DNA from: an uncultured archaeon | Lineage (GTDB): Archaea; Nanobdellota; Nanobdellia; Pacearchaeales; GW2011-AR1 | Direction of reading: 5' to 3' | DNA length: 64,000 nucleotides | NCBI GenBank assembly: GCA_903866625.1 | Contig: CAIPOI010000005.1 | Span: 127,178-191,177 of the forward strand | Part shown: positions 25,956-34,933 of the stretch, in pieces | Layout: each line of letters opens with the position of its first letter | Position numbering within the stretch: the first letter of the stretch is position 1 | Program-made: the position numbers and the translations under genes | Notes under the pieces: generated by a model | The model's database searches: none | The model's input: the letters and a program-made list of their open reading frames with translations, nothing else | Told to the model about the DNA's origin: nothing

Positions 25956-28421
25956 TTATAAATTTTTCTCTTCTTCAGAAACATTCTCTTGTTCTTGTTT
26001 TGCTTGAGCTTTTTCTAATCGTGTTGGGCATTGAGGATTAAAACAAAATATCCAAGGTCTCTTGCCTTTTTGTAGAGACATTAAAAGTGGGAAGCCGCAT
26101 TTTTCACATTTTTTTTCATCACCTAATCTTTTTATCATGCCATAGGGCGGTAGAGAAAAAGTAGTCTTACAGTTTGGATAAGCATTGCAAGCTATGAAGT
26201 ATTTTCTATTTTTAGGAGAGTATTTTATTGTTAGTCTGCCTTTTTTACAAACAGGGCAGGACATAATTTCATTTTCTTCGCTTTGTTGTTTGTAGTAAGC
26301 TAAAGTGGCTTTGTTTAACTCTTCACCTATTGTTTTTTCTTTCTTATGAAAGTCTTCAGATATTTTGTTTAGGCTTTCCTTTGCTTTATTTAAAATTGAT
26401 TCTTGTTTTTTATCCAGCTCTTTTTTATTTGTTCTTATGGCTTCCATATCTTTCTCCATATCCTTAGTAAGTTTTTGATCAATTATGATGGGAGAGTGTT
26501 TTTCAAGAGTTTCTATTAGGTTTATTCCAAGCGGAGTAGCTTTTATTGACTTTTGGTCTTCGATATAATTTCTATCATAAAGAGTTTCAAGAATATTTGC
26601 CCTTGTAGCTTTTGTTCCAAGACCTGCTTTTTCGAGTTCAGATATTATAGAAGCAGGAGAATATCTTCTTGGTGGTTTTGTTTCATCTTGCTCTATTTCT
26701 ACTTTTGTTATATCCGCTATTCCATTCATATCCTGGAGTTCTTTTTCTTGTAACTTGGGCTCATATACTGCCATCCATCCTGGTTTTTTTATTTCCATTC
26801 CTCTATCTTTAAACAATAAACTTTGAGATTCTGCTGTAATTGTTTTATTTTCTAATTTTGCATCTTCGCAAAAACAGGCTATAAATCTTTTAACAATTAA
26901 TTCATATAATTTTTTCTTTTCACCATCCATTTCTGCATATTCTCCTGTTGGATAGATTGAAGGGTGAGCTGGATCACTTTTTTTACCTTCAACTGGAATG
27001 CTTCTTACTGCCAACTTTACTTCTTTAAATGTTATGGAAAGTTTTTTCAGAATTTGTTTTGGATTTATAGCTTCAGGTATTTTTTGGCTAGAGGTTCTCG
27101 GATAAGATATTGCTCCTGCTAGATAAAGCTCTTGAGCTATAGCCAGAGTTTTTGCAGGATTTATACCAAAAAATTTATAGGCTTCTGTTTGAAGGGTTGT
27201 TAAGTCAAATGGGTGTGGAGGAATTATGGTTTGCTCATGCTTTTCTGTTTTAACATTTGCTTCTTTTCCTTTTAATTTTTCAAATTTAGGCAATTCTTTT
27301 TCATCAAATATATCTTTTACGTGTCTTAACTTAGCCAGGTTTGTTTTATCTTTTTTATCTTTTACATCTATAAATATTTTCCAGTATTTTTTTGGCTGGA
27401 ACTTTTGTATTTCATGTTCTTTATCAACTATCATTTTAAGTGCTGGGCCTTGAACTCTTCCGATAGACATTATTTTAAATTTCCCAGTAGATTTTATAGA
27501 GTTCATTAGCGCCCTTGAAAGATTTATACCATAATACCAATCTATATAGTGCCTTGTCTCTCCGGCTATTGCTTGTCCCCAATCAATTGTTTTACTGGTT
27601 TCTTTGAATGCTTTTTCTAGTTCATCTTTTGTAAGTGAAGAATATTTCATTCTATTCGCATCTTTTTGGTGGGCTATAAAACGGATTATATTATATCCTA
27701 TAACTTCTCCCTCTATATCGTAATCTGTTGCTACTATTATTTCTCTAGCTCTTTTTGCTAGTTTTGCTATAGTAGTGTAGTATTTTCTTGTAAAATCTTT
27801 TTTTCTTACTTCAAAGTTAGGTTTCCAAGAAACTTGAAAGATAGGGTAATTAGAACCTTTTACATCTTGACTTAGAGAAAATAAATGACCTACTGCACAA
27901 GCAACAATAATATGTCCCTCATCCCTATCAAATTCATAGTAAGATACTCCTGCCTCGCCATATTTCTTTTCTCTGCCTTCTGAGAGTGCAGCTGCGATTT
28001 TTGCAGCTGCTTGTGGTTTTTCAGTTATTATAAGTATAGAATTTCCTTTTAGAGATTCTATTTTTAGAGGTTTTACTTTTTCTTCAATAATATTTTTACT
28101 TTTCTTTGTTCTTCTTTTCGGCTTTTCTGCTTTTTCTATTATTCTTCCTATTTTTTCTTCTTGATTGTCTTCTTCATGGCTTTGTTTTGGGGTTTCTATT
28201 TTTTCTAATTGCTGTCTTGTGGGTCTGGGTTTTACTGCGACTTCTATAGTTTGTCTTGGAGAAATTATTGGTACATATTCTTTATTTTCTTCTGCTTTCT
28301 TCTGCTTTTCGTTTTTATAGACTTTATTAGCTGTAGCTCTTGTTGGAATATCCTCTTGTTCTAAAGTCACTTCTTTTTCTAATGGGTCTTTTGATTTTTT
28401 TATCATATGTTTATTTTTCAC
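25956..28421 (-). CDS. topA: DNA topoisomerase IA with K-rich N-terminal extension and C-terminal zinc ribbons (GTG 28421; alternative ATG 28406)
   Basis: Toprim ILIITEKPQAAAKIA...ATDYDIEGE, active-site GAISYPRTSSQK, and C-terminal CPVCKKGR...CNAYPNC and CEKCGFP...CFNPQC. Confidence 0.9.
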   Translation of the reverse strand: MKNKHMIKKSKDPLEKEVTLEQEDIPTRATANKVYKNEKQKKAEENKEYVPIISPRQTIEVAVKPRPTRQQLEKIETPKQSHEEDNQEEKIGRIIEKAEKPKRRTKKSKNIIEEKVKPLKIESLKGNSILIITEKPQAAAKIAAALSEGREKKYGEAGVSYYEFDRDEGHIIVACAVGHLFSLSQDVKGSNYPIFQVSWKPNFEVRKKDFTRKYYTTIAKLAKRAREIIVATDYDIEGEVIGYNIIRFIAHQKDANRMKYSSLTKDELEKAFKETSKTIDWGQAIAGETRHYIDWYYGINLSRALMNSIKSTGKFKIMSIGRVQGPALKMIVDKEHEIQKFQPKKYWKIFIDVKDKKDKTNLAKLRHVKDIFDEKELPKFEKLKGKEANVKTEKHEQTIIPPHPFDLTTLQTEAYKFFGINPAKTLAIAQELYLAGAISYPRTSSQKIPEAINPKQILKKLSITFKEVKLAVRSIPVEGKKSDPAHPSIYPTGEYAEMDGEKKKLYELIVKRFIACFCEDAKLENKTITAESQSLLFKDRGMEIKKPGWMAVYEPKLQEKELQDMNGIADITKVEIEQDETKPPRRYSPASIISELEKAGLGTKATRANILETLYDRNYIEDQKSIKATPLGINLIETLEKHSPIIIDQKLTKDMEKDMEAIRTNKKELDKKQESILNKAKESLNKISEDFHKKEKTIGEELNKATLAYYKQQSEENEIMSCPVCKKGRLTIKYSPKNRKYFIACNAYPNCKTTFSLPPYGMIKRLGDEKKCEKCGFPLLMSLQKGKRPWIFCFNPQCPTRLEKAQAKQEQENVSEEEKNL

Positions 28422-28439
28422 TTCTTATTGTTTTGTTGT

Positions 28440-29276
28440 TTATTTTATCTTGTTTATCTCTTCTAAACGTTTATTTGAACCTATTGAACCCGAAAAAATC
28501 TTCCAGAATATTCTCGAAATCCATTCAGTCCAGTCTTTGTCTTTTATAGTATAGAATATAAAAACCTTTTTATCGAGTTCGTTTATCTTTCCTGTGGGTT
28601 CTTTTATTTCTTTTATTCTGAATAGTTTATTATCTATGATAAATGCTCTTATCGGATGTTCTTTGTGTCTTATCTCTATGCTTTCTCTGCCATATTTATA
28701 ATTTAAAGATAAAACCTTTTCAATATTCTCTTTTCCTGCTAAATCTACTCGGCATAAAATCTTTATACTAACTCTTTTTTTTACTAAATCTTCCAAAATT
28801 TTTAAACCATCAAAATTTTTTGTCTTTAAGTTGATAAATGAGAGGTTTCCAGAAAAAATAAGCACTTGTTTTTGTGCTTGATTAAGCATTTCTGCTAATT
28901 CTTTTAAATTTTCTCCGTCTTCATTTATCGTTTTTGTTATGTGTGCTTTCTTATTTTTATCTTGAACAAATTGAAATATATCAAAAGCAGAAAAATCTTC
29001 CTTCTTCTTCGCTAAGATTATTTCTTGTTCCAGTTTTTCTTGAAAAACATTATTACTTAGTTTTTCTACACTTGCCCAATATACTATTTTTAAGGCTCCT
29101 CTTGTGCCTTCTCTAAAAACTCTAGTGGTTATTGTTCCGAAGTTTTTTTCTATTTCATTTATATATCTGTCTGCAGTTCTCCAGTTTTTATCTAAGTGTT
29201 CTGCTATTTCTTGAATGCTTCTTGGTTTGGTATAAACAAATTCCTCTATCTTTTTTATTTCTTCTTGAGTTAGCAT
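28440..29276 (-). CDS. wHTH protein with TrmB-C/PLD-like C-terminal region (hypothetical regulator)
   Basis: N-terminal PRSIQEIAEHLDKNWRTADRYINEIE wHTH. Ends 18 nt upstream of topA. Confidence 0.45.
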   Translation of the reverse strand: MLTQEEIKKIEEFVYTKPRSIQEIAEHLDKNWRTADRYINEIEKNFGTITTRVFREGTRGALKIVYWASVEKLSNNVFQEKLEQEIILAKKKEDFSAFDIFQFVQDKNKKAHITKTINEDGENLKELAEMLNQAQKQVLIFSGNLSFINLKTKNFDGLKILEDLVKKRVSIKILCRVDLAGKENIEKVLSLNYKYGRESIEIRHKEHPIRAFIIDNKLFRIKEIKEPTGKINELDKKVFIFYTIKDKDWTEWISRIFWKIFSGSIGSNKRLEEINKIK

Positions 29277-29382
29277 AATATCCTATTGATTTTCAAGTTT
29301 TTAAGCCTTTTTATTTATGTACAACACTATTGACAATTATTTGCTAAAAATATGTATATAGTTTACATGTCTATGTATTAGT

Positions 29383-29934
29383 ATGAACGAGAAAAAAGGA
29401 TTTAGGGTGGTTTTAACTGGTGGACCTTGTTGTGGCAAGACTACACTTTTAGATTATGCTGCTACTTTTGGTTTTCAGATAGTTCCAGAGGCAGCAAGAA
29501 TGATTATAGAAGAAGAACAAAGGAGAGATAGCGACCTTGTACCCTGGAAAGATAACTATAATTTTCAAAGAAAAGTAATTAAAACTCAGCTTGAACTTGA
29601 ACATTCCTATGATTCTAAGCTTTTACTTTGTGATAGGGGTGTTTTTGATACACCTGGTTTTTGTGATTGTGCTAGAGTTCCAACTCCAGATATAATCTCT
29701 AAATTAAATCCTTCAAGATATAATCTTGTGGTTATTCCTGATCCGCTTCCAAGATTTGTTAATGATAGTTCAAGAAAGGAGAATCCAAAGCAAGCTAGAG
29801 AGATTCATCAAGCAATTGTTAGAAGCTATCAAGAAAGGGGTTATGATACTTTATTCTTACCTGTTTTTGAAAGCAAAGAAAAAAGAGGTCATGAATTTAT
29901 AGGTATGCTTGAAAGAGCAGGAGTTTTTGGATGA
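29383..29934 (+). CDS. P-loop NTPase (AAA_28/NadR-kinase-like, COG3911-type)
   Basis: VVLTGGPCCGKTTLLDY...IVPEAARMIIEEEQ and LLCDRG. First gene of the six-gene operon. Confidence 0.6.
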   Translation: MNEKKGFRVVLTGGPCCGKTTLLDYAATFGFQIVPEAARMIIEEEQRRDSDLVPWKDNYNFQRKVIKTQLELEHSYDSKLLLCDRGVFDTPGFCDCARVPTPDIISKLNPSRYNLVVIPDPLPRFVNDSSRKENPKQAREIHQAIVRSYQERGYDTLFLPVFESKEKRGHEFIGMLERAGVFG

Positions 29935-30116
29935 GTGACTTAATTTCTGCAATATGTGATGATGCTAACCATTATAGAATGTTATGCGAGCATTTTGGAG
30001 AAAAACCAGTAGTTATGACAGGTAGAATTTTCTTGGATAATACTGATTTGGATTTTTATGGAAAACATGCTCAGGCTTTAGAAAAAAGGTATAGGGAGGA
30101 AATACAAGTAAGATAA
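29931..30116 (+). CDS. hypothetical small protein (61 aa)
   Basis: ATGA overlap with the upstream stop. No motif recognised. Confidence 0.35.
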   Translation: MSDLISAICDDANHYRMLCEHFGEKPVVMTGRIFLDNTDLDFYGKHAQALEKRYREEIQVR

Positions 30117-30117
30117 C

Positions 30118-30594
30118 ATGATTGAGACCGAAATAAAAATTGAGATTGACAGAGAAAATAAATTCAGAGAGATTTATGTTGCTTTAGGAAGTCCTGATTG
30201 GAGCATACAAAGAAACTATATTTTTGAGTTTGGGGGTAATATTTTAAGATTAAGATATGAAGACTTATCTGGAAATGCTTTTATGACTGCGAAGGGAAAA
30301 GATGCAGGGGTTAGATTTAATGAAAGACCTGAATTTGAGTGTCCTATTCCGGGTGATTTTTTCATTAATTTTGCAAGACTTAGAAAAACTAGTAATCCTC
30401 CAAGCTATTATGAAAAATCTAGAGCTAGTGCTAAGTTTATGGGTTGTACTGTTTGTTTGGATAATTTTTTTGGAACATATTATCTTGAGGTTGAAGGTTC
30501 TGAGAAAGATATTCCTAATGTAATCAAGAGATTTGGATTAGAAGAGTTTCCTATTGAAAAGAGAAGTTATGCTCAGATGTTAGGGGAAATGTAA
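30118..30594 (+). CDS. CYTH-domain protein (triphosphate tunnel metalloenzyme; CyaB/ThTPase family)
   Basis: N-terminal ExExK (MIETEIKIEID), LRLRYE, TAKGK, RFNERPEFE, EKSRASAKF and YYLEVEG strands. Confidence 0.7.
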   Translation: MIETEIKIEIDRENKFREIYVALGSPDWSIQRNYIFEFGGNILRLRYEDLSGNAFMTAKGKDAGVRFNERPEFECPIPGDFFINFARLRKTSNPPSYYEKSRASAKFMGCTVCLDNFFGTYYLEVEGSEKDIPNVIKRFGLEEFPIEKRSYAQMLGEM

Positions 30595-30595
30595 G

Positions 30596-31204
30596 ATGCA
30601 AAAAACTAATAAAATTATCCTAATTTCCGGATGTCCTGGAACAGGTAAAACCACTCTCGCTTTAGCTCTTGGCAAGGAGTTGAACATAGACCAAATTATA
30701 TCCACTGATATTATTAGAACTATTTTAAGAAGTATTTCTTCAAAACAAAAAAATCCATTTCTTTTTACAGTTACTCATGAAGCTTGGAAATATTTTGGAG
30801 AAAATAATAATGAAAATATTTGGCTTGGTTTCTTAGAGCATTGTAAGACTCTTTATGCAGCTGTTCATTATTTAATAAATAAATCTGTTGAAGAAGGCAG
30901 GGATATTATTATTGAAGGAGCGCACTTACTGCCCGAGTTTGTAAGAAGTTTATCTAAAAAGTATAGAATTACTGCCTTCTTCTTAAGAGTTCCGCAGGAT
31001 AAGGTGCTTTTGGGGAGATTTGATATGAAAAATAATAAAAGACTTATTCCTTATTCTGGTTGGAAGAATAATTTTGAGATTATAAGAAAAATAGAAGATA
31101 AAATTTTATTGGATTCTAATCCTTTTTTTGTTATAGATAATTATTCCTTGGATACTACTAAAAAAATATGTTTTTCGCGTATACGTAATGAAAATAAAGT
31201 TTAA
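30596..31204 (+). CDS. 2-phosphoglycerate-kinase-like P-loop kinase (COG2074-type)
   Basis: ILISGCPGTGKTTLALALGKELNIDQIISTDIIRTILR and IIIEGAHLLP. Confidence 0.65.
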   Translation: MQKTNKIILISGCPGTGKTTLALALGKELNIDQIISTDIIRTILRSISSKQKNPFLFTVTHEAWKYFGENNNENIWLGFLEHCKTLYAAVHYLINKSVEEGRDIIIEGAHLLPEFVRSLSKKYRITAFFLRVPQDKVLLGRFDMKNNKRLIPYSGWKNNFEIIRKIEDKILLDSNPFFVIDNYSLDTTKKICFSRIRNENKV

Positions 31205-32363
31205 TCTGATAAATGGTGGAACTTGCACAAGGCTTAAGTTATTTGGTGAAGATATAAGGAAGCTTTTGATTAGTAATAACTGGGTTGAAACCTATATTCA
31301 ACAAGCAGATTATATTTTTATAAACTCTTGTAGTTTTTTGAAGTCTAAAGAAGATTATTTTGTACAACTAATTAAAGATAGTTACGAAATAAAGAATAAT
31401 AAACAAAAAATTGTTGTTTTTGGCTGTTTACCTTCCACAAATCCCCTCAGAATAAAAAATATAGACCTGGAAGCTATTTTATTTTCAAGAAAAATTGAAG
31501 ATATTGTTAGCTTTTTTAAATTAAAAGATAATATTAGAACTCCTTCCACTATAGTGGATAACGATTTAAACTTTAGTCAAAGATTAATTCAAATAGTAAA
31601 TCGTTTGTTCTTAAGAGATAGCACTATTGATTTTAGACTTATGAAGAAAAATGTTTATCATCTTAAGATTTCTGAGGGTTGTTCGGGTAGGTGTTCTTAT
31701 TGTTCTGAAAAGTTTACTACTCGATTAAAAAGCCGTAAAATATCTGAGCTTAGAGAGTCATTTAAGATAGGAATGGCTGCAGGGTTTAAACTTTTTTCGC
31801 TTAATTCTGATGATTCTTCTTCTTTTGGAAAAGACAATAATGAATCTATTTCAGAATTATTGAGTAATCTTATTAGTTTTTCTGGTGACTTTAAGATTGC
31901 TCTAAGTGAGTTTAATCCCCAAGGATTATCTTACAAAAATATAGTTAGGATTCTTAGTTCTGATAAAATTTCCTATATAACCATACCAATTCAGAGTGGA
32001 AGTCAAGAGATTCTTAGTAGAATGCGTAGGCCCTACCAAATAAATATGGTATTAACACGAATTAAAGAAATTATAAAATTAAATCCGAAATTGAAAATCA
32101 ATACTCATCTTATAGTCGGCTTTCCTGGAGAAACTTCTAAAGATTTTAATAAAACTCTTGATATTGTTAAATCTGGATTATTTGATAGAATTAAGGTCTT
32201 TAAGTATTCAGATAGGCCTGGAACAGAAGCAAGCAACTTTTCAAATAAGATTGATGAAAGAACAAAGATTATTCGAGCAAAAAAACTTCAAAAATCTATT
32301 CTAATCAATTCTTTTAAAAAATTAGATTTTGCAAATTTTTTACTTAATTTAAATCAAATTTGA
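31188..32363 (+). CDS. radical SAM methylthiotransferase-like protein (MiaB/RimO/MtaB family) lacking a TRAM domain
   Basis: Three Cys of the MTTase N-domain (NGGTC, INSCSF, VFGCLP) and radical-SAM EGCSGRCSYCSE. Only about 35 aa follow the core. Confidence 0.75.
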   Translation: MKIKFNLINGGTCTRLKLFGEDIRKLLISNNWVETYIQQADYIFINSCSFLKSKEDYFVQLIKDSYEIKNNKQKIVVFGCLPSTNPLRIKNIDLEAILFSRKIEDIVSFFKLKDNIRTPSTIVDNDLNFSQRLIQIVNRLFLRDSTIDFRLMKKNVYHLKISEGCSGRCSYCSEKFTTRLKSRKISELRESFKIGMAAGFKLFSLNSDDSSSFGKDNNESISELLSNLISFSGDFKIALSEFNPQGLSYKNIVRILSSDKISYITIPIQSGSQEILSRMRRPYQINMVLTRIKEIIKLNPKLKINTHLIVGFPGETSKDFNKTLDIVKSGLFDRIKVFKYSDRPGTEASNFSNKIDERTKIIRAKKLQKSILINSFKKLDFANFLLNLNQI

Positions 32364-32364
32364 T

Positions 32365-33264
32365 ATGAATCCAAAAAATATAAAAGATATTGTAAATCTT
32401 AGGGATTGTGATTATATTATAGATAAACAAGATAGATTTTGGATAGTTCATGGTTTTGATTCTATTAAAAGTCTAATTTATGCTAATTTAGTTTTTATTC
32501 CTTGTAAGAGCGGAGATAGATATAACAAAATTATTAATAAAAATTATAAAAAGGTTGTAGTCAATCATCAGAATATCTCTATTTTGAAGATAAATTCTGT
32601 AAAAAGTGTATTTAGACCTGATAAATTTTTTAAAGAAAATTATTCAATCTTGCCATTAATCTGGAAAAAAATACCCCGAGCATTAATCAAACTAGGAATA
32701 CCCAAAAATAAAATAGGTATATTTGGTTCTTATCTTATAGGATTTGATATAGTTAAGGATGTAGACTTTCTAGTTTATGGTTTTGATAATTATTTGAAAG
32801 TTAGAAGGAATATAAACAGAATAAGGGCTTTTGTTAATGCTAAACCTATATCTAAGAAACATATTACTTATCAGTATAATAAATATAATCATTTTATGTC
32901 TAATAAAACTAGTTTTAAAAAAGTATTAGCCAATAATTGGGCCGGTTTACAAATGAGCGAGGGAGTTCTTAGCACTATTAGGTTTGTTTATAATCTTAAT
33001 AAACTACCTAAAGATAATACTCTAAAAAGAGGTAAATTAAAGACTTTTGAGGGTCAAGTTATCAAGGATTTTAGAACTAATTTTATGCCCCGGATTGGTT
33101 TTATTAAATGTGATGATAAAATAATAAGAGTTTTATCTTATTTTTGGATGTTAAATTCTTTTTTAAAAATTGGAGACAAAATAAAGATTAGAGGTGATTA
33201 TAACTTAAAAAATAGAACACTTTACCTAAAGAATAAAAAACATTGGATAAAAATATTAAATTAA
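32365..33264 (+). CDS. Pol-beta-superfamily nucleotidyltransferase with OB-fold-like C-terminal domain
   Basis: GIFGSYLIGFDIVKDVDFLVYG fits the GS-x9-DxD NTase motif. The C-terminal LKTFEGQVIKD...IIRVLSYFW...LKIGDKIKIRGDY...LYLKN has OB-like patterning by eye. Confidence 0.5.
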   Translation: MNPKNIKDIVNLRDCDYIIDKQDRFWIVHGFDSIKSLIYANLVFIPCKSGDRYNKIINKNYKKVVVNHQNISILKINSVKSVFRPDKFFKENYSILPLIWKKIPRALIKLGIPKNKIGIFGSYLIGFDIVKDVDFLVYGFDNYLKVRRNINRIRAFVNAKPISKKHITYQYNKYNHFMSNKTSFKKVLANNWAGLQMSEGVLSTIRFVYNLNKLPKDNTLKRGKLKTFEGQVIKDFRTNFMPRIGFIKCDDKIIRVLSYFWMLNSFLKIGDKIKIRGDYNLKNRTLYLKNKKHWIKILN

Positions 33265-33275
33265 ATTTTTTAACT

Positions 33276-33668
33276 TTATCTTAATTTTAGAATCTCTGTA
33301 GAGATATTATCCAGTAATCGTTTATATTCTCTATCTGGAATTTCAGCATTATCCTTCAGTGCTTCGAGTTTACTTATAATTTTTTCAAGACCTGTCCAGC
33401 GCTGTTCTAATCTTATATCTCTTCTATCGGCCCAATCTACAAACTTTTTATATCTTTCAAATTGTCTAGAAATCTTTTTTTCTTGACCTTCTGGAACAAT
33501 GTAAATAAATGCGTTTCCATGTTTATACTCTTCATCTTTAAGAGCATACCCTAATTTTTCTCCAAAAGCTTTTGCAAAGTCTTTACTTTGAGGACCCTTA
33601 AATTCAACTAAAATCTCCCCCTTTGCGTAGTTTGGTTGGTATTTCATAGATAATTTTGATGGCGGCAT
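33276..33668 (-). CDS. hypothetical protein (130 aa)
   Basis: ORF only. Convergent with the end of the operon. Confidence 0.45.
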   Translation of the reverse strand: MPPSKLSMKYQPNYAKGEILVEFKGPQSKDFAKAFGEKLGYALKDEEYKHGNAFIYIVPEGQEKKISRQFERYKKFVDWADRRDIRLEQRWTGLEKIISKLEALKDNAEIPDREYKRLLDNISTEILKLR

Positions 33669-33699
33669 TATTTAATGATTTAGGTTTTAGAATTATAGA

Positions 33700-34335
33700 T
33701 TAAATTTCAAAAACTTTTCCTCTTTTACCTACATTAACTACTTTGGTTTTTCCAATTTTTTCTTCTACGCCCTCTAATTCATGAATATGTCCTGAGAGAA
33801 AAAGATTTGGCTGTATTTTATTTATTGCTTCTCTTATGCCATCACTTCCAGGTATACCTGATAGTTCTGATTTAGTTCCTGCTGCATGAATATGAGAAAT
33901 CATTATTTTTTTCTCAAGATTTTTTAGCTTTTCATTTTCTTTTCTTAAGTGGGCTAGAGTTTTTTCATCATCCGGATATAAATTCCAATCTGCAGCTCCT
34001 ACTCCAAAGATACCAACTCCATTATAAACTACATAATTTTTTTCTACATTTTTTATTCCATACATCTTAGAAAGAGTTTCAGCATCTTCTTGAGTTTCCC
34101 AGTTTCCTGGAACAAATATTACTTTTTTGTGTTTATCTATAAATGGTTTGATTATATTCTTAGTTGGGACTGCTCCAGTTATATCCCCTATAAGTATAAC
34201 TAAATCTACATTTTCCTTTTCTGCCCTCTCTGCAAGTTTCCTTGAAATACTAGAACTTCCATGTATATCTCCTGCAGCAAGAATTTTAAGTTTGTTATCT
34301 CTTTTTTGTTCTTTCTTTTCTTTTATTTTTTCCAT
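33700..34335 (-). CDS. calcineurin-like metallophosphoesterase
   Basis: ILAAGDIHGS, LILIGDITG, PGNWE, SHIHAAG and SGHIHE motifs in canonical order. Confidence 0.8.
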   Translation of the reverse strand: MEKIKEKKEQKRDNKLKILAAGDIHGSSSISRKLAERAEKENVDLVILIGDITGAVPTKNIIKPFIDKHKKVIFVPGNWETQEDAETLSKMYGIKNVEKNYVVYNGVGIFGVGAADWNLYPDDEKTLAHLRKENEKLKNLEKKIMISHIHAAGTKSELSGIPGSDGIREAINKIQPNLFLSGHIHELEGVEEKIGKTKVVNVGKRGKVFEI

Positions 34336-34359
34336 TATTATTCTTAGGCTTTGAACTTT

Positions 34360-34902
34360 TTAAATTAAGCCTTTATATCTTAAATAATGCTCAATTTTTA
34401 TAGATACTTCGGAAGCTGTTAAATCAGAGGTATCTATAATTAAATCGTATTGCTCTCTTTTATTAGGATTTAGGTGATAATATTTTTCGTATCTGACTAT
34501 ATCTGAATCAAATCTCTGTTGCCATAATCTTATTGCTTCTTCTAAATTTTTACTGCTATCCTCTACCCTTCCATGGTTCATTATTCGTTTAGCTCCAACC
34601 TCTTTTCTTACATCTAAAAATATTTTTACAGAGTTTGGAATAAAATGATAACTTAATCTCCCATCTATAATGAAATCATCTTCAGTTTTCCCTATTTTAA
34701 CTTGCCAATCGTCCGCAGGTTTGTCTGTGGAAATATCTTTTTCTCCTAATTCATTAAGTTGATGTATTGTCAAACCAAGATTTCTAGCCATCTCCCTTCT
34801 AAAATTACCCACACTATATCTCTTTAAATGATATTTTTCTGCAAGTAAATCCGCAACAGTATTTTTTCCAGAACCCGGAGCTCCTGAAATGGTTATTATC
34901 AT
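34360..34902 (-). CDS. cmk: archaeal-type (d)CMP kinase
   Basis: MIITISGAPGSGKNTVADLLAEKYHLKRYSVGNFRREMA and IIDGRL blocks match archaeal Cmk type 2 by eye. Confidence 0.7.
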   Translation of the reverse strand: MIITISGAPGSGKNTVADLLAEKYHLKRYSVGNFRREMARNLGLTIHQLNELGEKDISTDKPADDWQVKIGKTEDDFIIDGRLSYHFIPNSVKIFLDVRKEVGAKRIMNHGRVEDSSKNLEEAIRLWQQRFDSDIVRYEKYYHLNPNKREQYDLIIDTSDLTASEVSIKIEHYLRYKGLI

Positions 34903-34933
34903 AAATGATTTTAGAAATAGAGGTTTTTATAGT

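Noticed and set aside
29330-29362. Bacterial sigma70-like promoter (TTGACA ... TGTATA/TATAGT) upstream of the six-gene operon.
   Set aside because: With a 17-nt spacer the -10 hexamer is TGTATA, a poor match. The better TATAGT needs a 21-nt spacer. The genome is archaeal (TBP, TFS, RpoL), and the same bases fit the archaeal TATA position about 27 nt upstream of ATG 29383.
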